From positions 1,570,873 to 1,634,872 of the forward strand of contig CAJFCJ010000007.1 of assembly GCA_904063045.1 (NCBI GenBank): a DNA stretch of 64,000 nucleotides, read 5' to 3'. The stretch's first letter is position 1. Each line of letters opens with the position of its first letter. Shown in pieces: positions 11,601 through 23,235 of this stretch. Origin of the DNA: Dimorphilus gyrociliatus (lineage: Eukaryota > Animalia > Annelida). A program made the translations under genes and the position numbers. The notes beneath the pieces were generated by a model. It ran no database searches. It saw nothing but the letters and a program-made list of their open reading frames with translations, and was not told the origin of the DNA.

Positions 11601-14600
11601 ATATTAATTAACTCACGAAATCTTTATTAAATGTTTTGCAACAACACACATAAAAAAAATGTATGATTAGTAAACAGCATGCATGGGTTAAAGGACAGAT
11701 TTTATCCCTAATATAAGCGCGGAAAATCTACTAAACCTATTCAAAATGTAACAACCACTACTATGCCAGATTCTTATATGCATATATACCAAAAATACAG
11801 TATATATACTAATATATATATATATATATAAATACTTATAACAATAAGCATGCTATATAATTTTGGTATTTATACCAGATTAGCCGACAAACAACGCCGA
11901 TGAGCCGGTAAGCATTGTCTAAAAGTTGCCGCCGCTTGTCCAACCACAAAGGGCGTCTAAAAGTACCAATATTATTTTTGAAATAAAAACAAATGCAAGT
12001 GAATTATTAATATTAATATAAAACACTGGGACACGGCAAACTTAAATTAGAGTCTGTTCGAACATGCTATACATACTCTTGGTTTTGACGTTTCCGGTTT
12101 CTCTCGTTTGCCCGATTGAACAGAAGTTGACGTAACCTAATCAATTTTAAGCAACTTTTGTTGAAGATTAGAAAAATTTGGTAACTTACAGGTATTCTTT
12201 CTAATTTATTGGCTCTTCTATCTTCACGAAAACTTGCAGATCTTTGGTTCTGAAGTTTATCTCTCTCTTTGCGAGTTTTAAGTTTTTTCTTCTTAGCTGA
12301 TATATCGTCTGACATATATTGTAGATGCAAGGGTAAACCATCTGATATTGAACTATCCGAACCGCCATCACTATAACATATATTACTGTTTTATGTCCGT
12401 CCATTTGAAAAGAATAAATAATAAACCTTGATTCTAATTCCGTTGTATAATATTCGTCAATGTTAATATCTTCCAATTTCTTGCTGCAAAGTTCACCTTC
12501 TTTCTGTTGCAGTCTATAAAGGATCTCGGCACGAATACGGTCCTCAAGTTCCAATAGAATTTTTGATGACTAGACATAAGAAAAATTGATATCAAATTCA
12601 AGGAGCTTTTAAACGTTTTTTATTATATATAAGGAATCAAGTGACTGTTTAGATATTATGCTTCGTGTTTATTAACAAGAATGTGATTCTAATCTACCGA
12701 TAGCATGCTTCTTTTTATCATCCTGATCAATATCCTCATGCATCAAATCAATTTCTACTAAGGCTTAAAACAAACGTATTACCAATAGAACAAATCAGCA
12801 AAACGCGATCGGCAGCAGATGTATTTGGGAACGAAAATAAAGAAAAGATCTAAGTTTTGATATAAAATAAGGTAATATTTTAAGTAATAATCCTAAGAAA
12901 ACTTTGTAGGAAGAAAAACGCTTTTAAGAATAAGAGGAACATTGAATTTAAATAATTTAAAAGTTGTAAAATTGCCTATAAAATAATTACCTTGGATTGG
13001 TCAGGGTCGCAGTAATCCAATAGAGTATCACAAAAATGGTAACCCATAGATTCCAAATCTTTTGTGTTGAAATGGACGCTTTTTCCATTCAGGATAGTAC
13101 CGGCAAACGTTGCTTCCAGTGTGTAACTATTCATAATACCCATATTCCACATGACAATTCTACCTGTTCCCTCTTTCGACTTTTGTATTTTGAACTTGCA
13201 TTCATTAAAATCAAACTACAGGTAGAATATTTAGAATGTAAATGAATCTACTTATATTTAGAATCTTTACCTTATCTGGGGCATTTTTGTTTAACATACA
13301 AGGAAAAATTCTTTCTCTCAATCTTTTATTTGAATTATTTCGATTTTCACATCCGTAAATGAACACATTTTGACGACGACTATGACCATGCAAGTCGCAG
13401 TAAGTTACGATATCACGTTCTTCCATCAGTCTATTGAAGAAATACTAATTAAATGAAACAAATAACGAATGGATCAAATCGGTATACTTTTTAATCATAA
13501 CTTTGGTATGCCAAATAGAAGGAAAACTTTCTTTTAATTGAGTTTTATAATTTCTATTTAAATCACGACCAGCTAAAGAACAACGATAATTTCCTACAAT
13601 AACGCCATCTGGATTCAGCATAGGCACTAGTTTGAAAACAAATGTATCCCTTAGCAACTGAAAATAAAAATTACCAATTCAGAAAAGTTACATAATTTTG
13701 TTACAAAATCAAACTTTTGCATCCATTGAATCACTGAGTAGATAATCAAGAAAACCTTTCATCATCCAACTGGCATTAGTTTCTCCTGGATGAACTCGCG
13801 ACGTCACAACAACAGCCTTACGATGTTTAGCTTCCTCCGCAGTCTTCGTCGGAGAGGTTATTGTTAAATAATACACCAAATTCCCAGCTAAAGTTCGACA
13901 TAAAATTCTTTGTTTGCATAGCTTCGATTTCACTGGGTCGTTCAATAAATTATTTAAGTAGTCTTGCAGGTTTGTGTAAGTATAAGGATAGCAGTGAGCA
14001 AAATAACAAGAATCTCCATTATATGGCAATTTGAAAGTCCAAGTTAGAGAATAATTACTTTTCTCAGATTTACCACATGTATAACTATAGTATAGCATAA
14101 TTTTAAACTAGGCATATAATAAATAATATTAAATATACCGTATATTATTTCTGTAATACTTTATATCAGCACCATGTCTTGTCCATCCAGTATTTTTTTC
14201 ACTAGCTCGTTTTTCACTATAAAATAATGGCTTCATTCCCTCATTATATAGACTTTCAGGCTATTAAGAGTGAGCTTGTAAGATTTACTATAATTAAAAA
14301 CTCATTATTGATTACCTTCATTAAATTAACAATAGTGAACCGATATGTCACATCACTTCGAGTATTTTCGAAACGAAAATAGTACCATTGCGTATGCTTA
14401 TTGGTATACAAATCGTTGCGTAGCCACAGCTCGTATTCGAATTCTCCCCTAAAAGAAAATACAAATTATATTCGGGTGCAAACGTCAATCAAAGAGTTGC
14501 AAGATATTGAGAATATAACTTACACTTGAACAGCTTTTGCCAGATTTCCGCTTTCAAATCTTGACTCGAACAATAAAGTCTTATCATTTTCATTCTCTAG

Positions 14601-17029
14601 TGATATGGAAACTTGTCTACAACCACCTCGAAATCCGCCTACTCGCGCCCTCATAAACTGATAAGGACAAAAATAGCCTCGGTTATAAAGTAAAATTTAT
14701 ATACTGTTATGTTCACAACTTACAAAGGGACCTAGCACTGGTTCATAATCATAAACAACTCTGCCATCGCCATTATATGATTTACAAAGTGGAGATTGTT
14801 CACTGCCACCTGACATTTTACAGATAATTAATAAAGTATAGCTTAATTTGTAATAAGAAAACGAGCAAGTTACTTTTTTTATATAAAGGCTCAGGTTCTT
14901 TGGGAACTGAATCAATGTGTTCGATTTTCTCATTCAAAACCTGAATTTCCGCTGGCCTATAGAATGATTGTTTTTACATTTTAGCTTTAAACTCTAAAAT
15001 TGATGCTATTGATTTTAAATTCCTTCTATCTTACCAACGAGCTGCTTGCTGAGGTCCTAAATCGCTATTTCCGATTCCATATAGTTGCCTGGGCTCTTTA
15101 AGCTTTGGAACCATGCGACCTTCTTGGTAATTATACACCAATTGAGTTGTTCTGAGTAGTTCTTCTTGTGTCTTTTCATCTAGAGAAATATAGATAAAGA
15201 AAAGACTGATATTTTTATAAACAGTACAGCATAATAGACGACAAATACTCAAAAGTCGGTGTAATAATCGCTCGGGTAAACATTTACTGTTACAAACACT
15301 TATTTACCGGCATTTATAAAGAATTTTGAAGATTTTAATATATCCAAATAAAGACTAGCGTCAAATGTATCCGAACAATCGGAAAACCAGTTTTTTTTCC
15401 TAGAAGATTGAAAGAGAAGTCTTGTCATTTTTGTTTCGCGATAGCACGACTGTTTGAGACCGACACCGCAACTGCGACTATTGTAATAGATTAAGGAGAT
15501 CAATATTATAGGGACTTTTGTAATGCTGGCTTAAGCACGGACAAGACTGTGTACAGTCCGATAATCAGCTTATTGTTCTTGTAAGCTCTACTCGAGCCGT
15601 TCCTTTAGACATTACGTATACGTCTTCACTCAAACACCCGATAAGAAAAATTAAAAGATTTAGAAGAAAATTAAAAGATTTTAAAGATTTTATCATCGTC
15701 AACTTACGGTTCGTTCTAGCTGCAACCCATTCTGTGAACATAGACCAGTTTTTTACCGGACTTGGTACGTCAGTTACGCGAATTCCCTCTTTCATCGCTT
15801 TCGGAAGCGCAATTGAATAAAATTGTTTTAGAGACGCAGCACCATCTACTTTAGCAACATGAGCATGGCAATAGCCGATAACGCGCATTGATTGATTGAT
15901 TGATTGGGAAAATTTCACCTTCTTTTGTAAGGCTTGTAATAATGCATTTTAAAGCTAATAGATTGAACTACTATAGCTTTTTCTCTTTCTCTCACCACTC
16001 CTTACTCTTCACTTACCTTTTTCGTTATCCGAGTCATCGGCACGTTTTAGACGGCAAAATCTTCTACTACTTTCGTCGGGGAATGCCGCTTCAAGTTTTT
16101 CATCTACAGTGTAAGTTTTATCATATTGAGAGAAGTAGAGAATGGAATTCTTTGCACTCGAGTTCCGACCTGAAACAAATTCAGCGATCGATATTGTTAT
16201 TAAATTGGAAAAATATGATTTGGAAAAAAAAGCATTAACTCTCCACAAACTATTCAAAACCCTCCACCTCAAACATTTAGTTACCGTGCTTTATCTTTTG
16301 GCCATCAGGCACAGTGAAACCGTTCCAAAATGACAAGTTCACATCGATAAACTTGGCCATATTTCGTGAGGAAAAGTCCAATACATGGTAGCTAAGTCTA
16401 TAACGTGACAAAGTCTGAACAAACAACGACCGACGCGCCTTCTCTACAAAATGTATTGACTTATAGTTTGTCAAGCTAATAACTAGCTTTTAATGCAATA
16501 TTCAGTTGCAAGAGCCTCTGATATATAATGCAGTGTCGCATAATATGACCACATATTCCTAGAGACGTCATCAGAATCAATCAGAGATAAACAATACAAA
16601 CAATACAAGGAGATATTTACAAATTTGCGCCATCTTGTGTTGTTCAAAAAAAATTAGATTAATTTATAAATCCGGTTTACTGAAGCCTTTAAAATAGACA
16701 CACATATACACAAAGTATGCACTAAGTATTCATTGAAAATATTTGTATAACGTCTCATCTAAATCCATATGTCAACATATCTAATTCAAACAGGTCGAGA
16801 GTTGTCTAAAAAGCGAATGAAAATTTTCTTCCACCGACTAATCTTTGTAATATAAACAAATATCAGTACCTGTAAAGTATCCGTAATGTTGTAAATGTTT
16901 CGTCATAAACGAATCATAAGCGTCCTGAAAATTGTGTATAATTAACTAAATTTACCTTAAATTAAGTAATTGAAAACAAACATTAAACAGGTCGACTTGG
17001 TATTGATTTCTCTTTCGTGTTTCGGACAT
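8610..17029 (-). CDS. AGBL2: Cytosolic carboxypeptidase 2/3 (tubulin deglutamylase, M14D), long isoform; a short isoform would end at 11870
   Basis: N-terminal [17 protein letters not shown] resembles the AGBL2 N-terminus. [61 protein letters not shown] and SYTLEAT show intact zinc and catalytic residues. Phase-consistent exons traced from 17029 to 8610. AGBL2 versus AGBL3 cannot be separated by eye. Confidence 0.88.
11812..11830. repeat. (AT)n microsatellite in the putative short 3' UTR of AGBL2/3
   Basis: About 10 AT units read directly. Confidence 0.85.
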
Positions 17030-17473
17030 AATTACAACGCCTCAAGTTGTATGCAAATTTGAAGACAAACAATCAATTAAAGTTCGATTAAGACATTGTC
17101 AAAAATTTCAGCTTTCATCTACAGTAGAACAAACCAACAACACTATTCTCCATATTTTTCTATAATTCATACGTCATTAATTATTAAAGTATTAGTTAAT
17201 AAAAAGTATTACTCTACTTTCGCAACAGTTCGATTGAATTTTTGTGCGATGTTCAATGTTGATATAAGTGCCGCACAAAAATTCTTAAACCTTAAAAAAC
17301 TTAATATTTGTGATTGTGATTTAATAAATTTTTAAAAAATATTAATTGAAAAAGAAATATTTTTCTTTAAATACGAAACTTACTGTAAGCACGCCCTATG
17401 ATACAGCTATTATCGCTCGACACTGTGTTCTATTTTTAAAAAAAAACATAAAATCACGTATACAACCATCAAT

Positions 17474-18564
17474 ATGCACTGGGTTCTTCAGAATATCATG
17501 GGTTTAATACATCCCCATTATATATCAAATCTCTTGCTATCGGTTTTGTTCTTCGGATTAAAAACGATGGAGCCAGTTTGTGATGTGATCTTCGAAAATT
17601 GCGAATTAGAATTAGTAGGTTAATTCATTTTTAAACGTTTTGTAAAAGCAATGTTTGAAAAATCGCAGAGAGAATGGGAGCTGCTTACTTTTCTTGGTTG
17701 CATTATAGTCATAAAAAATCGAAAGCAACGTAAGTAAAACTATTAAGGACATTCCCGCTAATCATTGCGCAACTTTTATTCTAGCTACCTACAAACAATA
17801 TATTTCTACCGTATTCATGTTTGCAAAGTTATTGAGCACCTTCCTCTTCTTTAGACAAAATATCTTTTATGGAATTGCCTATGTTGTTGTTTGCCTTTGT
17901 AAGTGAAAACTAAACATTACAAACAGATTTATTCATTTCATAATTTTCGTAGGTCAATTAGTCCTTCTGCCTGAGCCAGTCTATAGAGGCCCCGAACACA
18001 TAACCTATTTTACAGGTATTGAAAATCTTCAAAATGAAATGGATAAAGATAATCGAATTACATGGATTATTGAGTTTTATTCGGCTTGGTCACCGAATTG
18101 TGTAAATTTTGCTCCGATTTTTTCGGAATTATCTGCCAAATATAGTCTTCCTAACCTTAAGTTTGGAAAGGTTGATATAACCAGATTCGCAGATGCTGCC
18201 GACAAGTAGTATTTCTTATACCTTCCTAAATAAGATTTACATAGTTTTTATATTTCAGATTTAAGGTAAATAATTCAGTTACATCAAAGCAACTACCAAC
18301 TGTTATTCAGTTTGAAAATGGTAAAGAAGTTAGACGAAAGCCATTCGTGAATGAAAGGGGTCAAGTCTCGAAATTTGTTTTCACAATGGTACTTATAGCA
18401 TAACTAATCACTTTATCTATAGATTCATCGATAAATATATCTTTCTGTAGGAAAACGTTTGTAGTGGCTTTCAATTGAATGAGATGTACCTTCAATGTCA
18501 AAAGAATTTGAAGGGAAAGAAGTCAAATTCAAAGACCGTAGAAGAACAAAAAAAAGATGATTAA
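17474..18564 (+). CDS. TMX2: Thioredoxin-related transmembrane protein 2
   Basis: MHWVL...HPHYISNLLL, REWELLTFLGCIIVIKNRK, YRGPEHITYF, TWIIEFYSAWSPNC (SxxC site), FGKVDITRF, KQLPTVIQFENGKE, C-terminal KKDD dilysine signal. Confidence 0.92.
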
Positions 18565-18614
18565 TATTTTGAATGTTTTTTTAGAATCGAACTTAGGAAT
18601 AAATTTTGTTTACA

Positions 18615-18628
18615 AAATAAATTTATTT
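18615..18628. terminator. Palindromic back-to-back polyadenylation signals AAATAAA/TTTATTT between convergent genes
   Basis: Perfect 14-bp palindrome giving AATAAA on both strands, 51 nt after the TMX2 stop and overlapping the stop of the opposite ORF. Confidence 0.55.
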
Positions 18629-19450
18629 ATCAAGCAGGGGCATTTCACGTCTAATTATTTTCATTCTACGCTTTCTCTCTGTTGCTAATTTGTTGATAGG
18701 TAAATTATTAGATTCTTCATTTACAGAACTAGTGTTGCCTTCCATGTAATCTGAAGAGGCTAAACATGCTCGAAAACTGCAATTAGGTTTACAACCATAG
18801 GGGCAGGAACAGTCTGCGCATTCAGCATTATACATTAAGGGTTTAAGACTGGGCCCTTTTCCTATACGAATACCAAATCCTGTTTTTGGTCGGGTTTCAA
18901 CTTTTTTAACTCCAGCTGGTGTTAAAGCAGTCAAATCTTCAAAAGGTTCAGAGATTTCCTTTCCTGAAATCGGTTTGGCACGTCGAAAAAATGCTTCTCT
19001 CATTTTTTTAGCAGATGAAAAACGAGTTTGACGCAGATCGAATGCACTTATACAGCGACGTTGTTCAGTTGAGGGTGCGATTAACTGTTTAATGTTTAGC
19101 TCAAAATCTGCTGTATAGTGATCGATTGATGGGCGTTCGTAAATTTTTATGGGAGCGGCATTCCTTATAGACATTTTTGGACCGTTATTTATAAGAGATG
19201 TACCAATAAGTTTCTCATCGAATTGTTGTCGTTCTAATTCATAGTGTCGCCTCCCTAAAATAGAATTGGCAGATTGAGCTCTTTGTCGAACAGTATCCAC
19301 GCATGCGATATGAAGAGGAGGAGTTGCGCGCTTTCCTATCCCTATCGGTGTAAGCCAGGAATTAGCCGAAATTCCATTATAAACATGAGCAGTTGAACCA
19401 TCAGAATCATGAACTCGAAGAGTACAGAAAATTTTATCGTCTTCTGCCAT
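18623..19450 (-). CDS. Intronless ORF of about 275 aa, unknown function, with a C-terminal Cys cluster
   Basis: ATG at 19450, 828-nt open frame in AT-rich DNA, protein-like composition, CADCSCPYGCKPNCSFRAC cluster. No family recognised. Confidence 0.55.
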   Translation of the reverse strand: MAEDDKIFCTLRVHDSDGSTAHVYNGISANSWLTPIGIGKRATPPLHIACVDTVRQRAQSANSILGRRHYELERQQFDEKLIGTSLINNGPKMSIRNAAPIKIYERPSIDHYTADFELNIKQLIAPSTEQRRCISAFDLRQTRFSSAKKMREAFFRRAKPISGKEISEPFEDLTALTPAGVKKVETRPKTGFGIRIGKGPSLKPLMYNAECADCSCPYGCKPNCSFRACLASSDYMEGNTSSVNEESNNLPINKLATERKRRMKIIRREMPLLDK

Positions 19451-19535
19451 TAACAAAATGACAAAGTATAAGAGTTGAACAAACAGAGGGAGAGACGGCG
19501 CGAAACGAAATGCAATTAGACGGCATAAATTGATT

Positions 19536-19562
19536 AAATTGATCGATTTAATCGATCAATTT
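19536..19562. repeat. 27-bp perfect inverted repeat (13-bp arms, 1-nt spacer) with two ATCGAT cores
   Basis: AAATTGATCGATT-T-AATCGATCAATTT read directly. Confidence 0.85.
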
Positions 19563-19586
19563 CGAATTAAGCGTCTAGCAAATCGT

Positions 19587-21309
19587 TCATTGAATATTCA
19601 ACGCAATCTCGTCTTCTTCCGGCTTCACTTTTTTTTCAATCGTTTCTTTCAATAAAGCGTCCTTAGTCTCTTGAAGTAACAATACCGAGGCTCCAATAAC
19701 TACTGATAAGATACCAAAAGAAAACATCGGTATATGAACGTCAATTTCATGACTTAATTTCGATATTGCTGTTGATAGAAGAGATCCAAATCGACCTGAA
19801 CAACTTGCCACTCCAAACGCCCAGTTTCGAATAAGTGTAGGAAATAGTTCACTGGTATAGAGCAGCATAACAGTAAATGCCGTTGAAAGGAAAAATTTTC
19901 CGACTAATTCTAAGATAAATATTGTTAAACGGTGTTTCAACGGCATGATAATCATTAAACATATTCCTGAGCATATCATGGACGCACACAACGATTTTTT
20001 ACGGCTGATAAAATGCATGGTAAATTGTGCAAAAGCAGTAGCTGGAATTTCAATTACAGCATTTAATATGAATTCGATATAGATACTCGAAACGAATGAA
20101 CCAGCACTTAATGATAACCCATAATAAATAAGCGTGTTGGAAAACCTGTATGAATAATTGACTTGTAAAAAATTCAAATTAGTGTGAAGTTTAATCTCAC
20201 CAAACTAGGCTTATAATGATTATTCTTCTGCGATAGATAGGAGAGAGAAATAATTCACAAAAAGGAGGCTCTTTTTCTTTTGAAATTGTAACTTGAGCGT
20301 TTTCAGGCAGATACTTGCCGTTAAATTTGGCAATGAATTTTAAGCTCGATATAGCTTTGCTTGTCTTTTTTCTGGCAATAAGCCATCGAGGGGACTCCGG
20401 CATGATTCTGTTTGAAAACATTTTGGATTATAGCACAAGAATAGGCGAATAAACAAAACGAACACAAATAAAATAATGAGCAAAACCCATGGAATTGAGG
20501 TATAAAGATGTAATCGACGCCAATCTCTCTCACACATAGCCCAAAATCCTAAAATAACTAGTCCAACAATCCAAAAATATGATATTGCTGCCGAAACTAA
20601 ACCTCTCCATCTTACGCCTATAATTTCCATCTCTATTGAAAATATGATATTTACATTATATATTTTGCTCTTGAATTTTAAACTTACGATTTACAAAGGC
20701 AACATTTAGTAGAGCTATACTAAATACTCCTAAAAACAGTCTCCAAATAATTGATAAAACCAAAGAATTTAAAAATGGAAAAGAGATTGAAATTAAACAC
20801 CTGGCTACAATACATATTAGTAAAGTTTTTTTTCTTCCAAATTTATCAGAGAGCAACCCAGAAGATGGAGCTCCAATTAATAAACCTAACATGAATGAAA
20901 AAGACAAGAGAAAGCTTAGCCAGGTTCTCTCACACACCATATCCCATTCTGTTACCAAAGTATTCTCATATATAGATGTATCATAGGACCAGCCGTTCTG
21001 ACAAGAAGTAGTAGATGCATTGGAAAAATTTGATTGATTTAAGTTGCTATAATTCAAATTGTACATTGAACATTTCATAAATTTACCCTCTTTATCCCGA
21101 GGTATCGAAATGTTCTTTATTTCTTCAATTGATAAGTTTTTTCCGGCAAGCTGAGGTATATAGCACCAATGTTCTGGAGTGGCCCCGCTAAAGACAATTA
21201 ATAGCGTATCAAATGCATATGGCCAGTTGATGAAGCCTGTTGTCAGAAAGATGAAAACTTGGTAACGACCAGCCCCGCCTATATGATTTAGTATATCTTC
21301 AAAATTCAT
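19587..21309 (-). CDS. SLC22 organic cation/anion transporter (MFS), 4 exons
   Basis: MNFEDILNHIGGAGRYQ, PEHWC, CQNGWSYD...TLVTEWDMVC, SDKFGRK, PESPRWL, YTSELFPTLIR, LQETK. Confidence 0.92.
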
Positions 21310-21909
21310 CCTCTTCACTGTAGTCTTCAGCGATGGCTCCGATCGTACTGAAATCAAATCTCCTCAGATCTGTCAATGATGCAACATGTGTAGAGAGCGA
21401 TAATAGGCGCCAATCTAACGCTTAGGCGAAATACTTTTCTGTTGTTATCTCTCTGTAAATTTGGCAACAAAAAATATGCATCTTGTTTACTTTAATTGAT
21501 AAAAATGGAACATTTTGAATTATTCTTTTTCTTCCTGGTTGATTGGTTGCGTGATGGACGACTTTGTTTTTAAAAAATAACCTTGGCCAACAGATACTAT
21601 TACGTAACTTGAAATAGAATGTTTGCAAAAAAATACAACATTCAGAATTTAATATTTATATTTTATTATCAAATAATAGAATAATTTTTTATATTAATAT
21701 AGTTTCTTAAATAAAATAATAAAAGTATCGAAAAGAAAAACTCCAATCGATGTCTTCTATGATTCAAATAAATTTTGCACGATACACTTAATTTAAATGC
21801 TGAAATATGATGGTTAATTTTAACTTTGACATAAATAACTAAAAAATTTCGATACATGAAAATCACCAATTGAGTTTTAAAAAGTATTCAATAGAAATAA
21901 GTTAATTTC

Positions 21910-22803
21910 TTATGAAGATTTTAATTGTGCTAGCTGCTTCATCAACTCTTCATCACTGACTGTTGCCTTCGCAGATTCTGCTCCCAGGGCACCTCTTTCA
22001 GCCGTTGGAGCTTTAGACATCTAAAAAACATTATGGACGTTATAGATGGTAAGGGAGAAATATAACAACAACTTATACCTGGCCTGAAATTTCAATGCCA
22101 ATTTCGTCCAAAACTTGATTGACAACGGCGTCTTGTTCTTCCTCATCAGCGGAATCATTCATTATATCATCCAATGTATCATTGACTATGATTGAAAAAC
22201 TAAGATAATCTGTTTATGTCTCAAAACTTAATAGACTTACTCATTTCATCTGTCATTTCCATTTTAGCGTTTTGCATTGAGAATTCTTTCAACATTGCTT
22301 GAGTTTTCATGGGATCCATTTGCTTATTGACATCAGACATAGTCTAAGTAAAAACATTATTAGTATACTTTTCTTCAATTAATTGCCTACTTACTTTTGC
22401 AGTTTTACCCATGGTCTGAGCAACATTAACATTTGTGTGCATTAATTTTGTTTGATTTGTCATTACTTGTACTTTACTCTGGGCAGTGTAAGTTCTAGTT
22501 TTAGCCTTTCGCATTTGAATTAATTGCTTAGCCAAGATATTGCAGGTTTGTTTATCTCCTCTCTTTGCAGCCCTTTTTATTTCTTCTTGTAACTGTTTCT
22601 CTTGTTTTTCTAACTGACCTCTATCCCGTTCCAAATCTCTTTGAGCTTTGCGATTTGTTCGATCTATCTCTCGTTTCTGTTCTATTGTCACGGTAAATAT
22701 GAATCACTTAAAAATAGGAAGATATAAAAATAAAATACTGTAATTTTTACAGTATTCTTGAATAATTACCTGAGGGGGTTGGTTTTTTTTTAAAGAAAGA
22801 CAT
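21910..22803 (-). CDS. CHMP2B: ESCRT-III subunit CHMP2B (Vps2/Snf7 family), 5 exons
   Basis: MSFFKKKPTP..EQKRE..R.AQRDLERDR..LEKQEKQL..EIK, MQNAKMEMTDEM, DEEEQDAVVNQVLDEIGIEISG, MIM-like DEELMKQLAQLK. Confidence 0.9.
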
Positions 22804-23235
22804 TTTCTTGATCGTGACTGAATTGACAAGTTTGAATAATTTCTACCGAGTCGTCAGTTGATCATATTGAGATAAGTCATGAGTAATACAACGCCACCTA
22901 TTACTTTTGTTATGACTAAGTCCCGGTCTAAAAAATACTTTCGAACACCACCGCAATTTACTTCATCATAAATTTAATTGTAAAATTAAATGCTTTACTG
23001 ATGCTTCATAGATGTATTATTTTATAAAAATTGAAAACTAATAAAAAAGCGTGATATTTTAGACGAGGAATTTCATATCTGCATAACTATTTGTTTATCC
23101 TATATTTAAAGAAATTTTCTCCATGTGTGTACTGTTGTCTATAAATAAATTATTTTATTCATGCAAAGTCATGATTATATTGTATGATTTAACTTTCTAT
23201 ACAATAACATTATACTAATGCGTAACAATTATTGT

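Noticed and set aside
11870-11900. Apparent CaaX box (CLSA) at the end of the short AGBL2/3 exon
   Set aside because: Careful translation continues to CLSANLV*, so the Cys is not at position -4.
12572-12990. Extra exon-like blocks in an AGBL2/3 intron (IFSLFSFP...; [10 protein letters not shown]...)
   Set aside because: Phases do not match the flanking phase-0 sites, and joining them needs a 19-nt intron.
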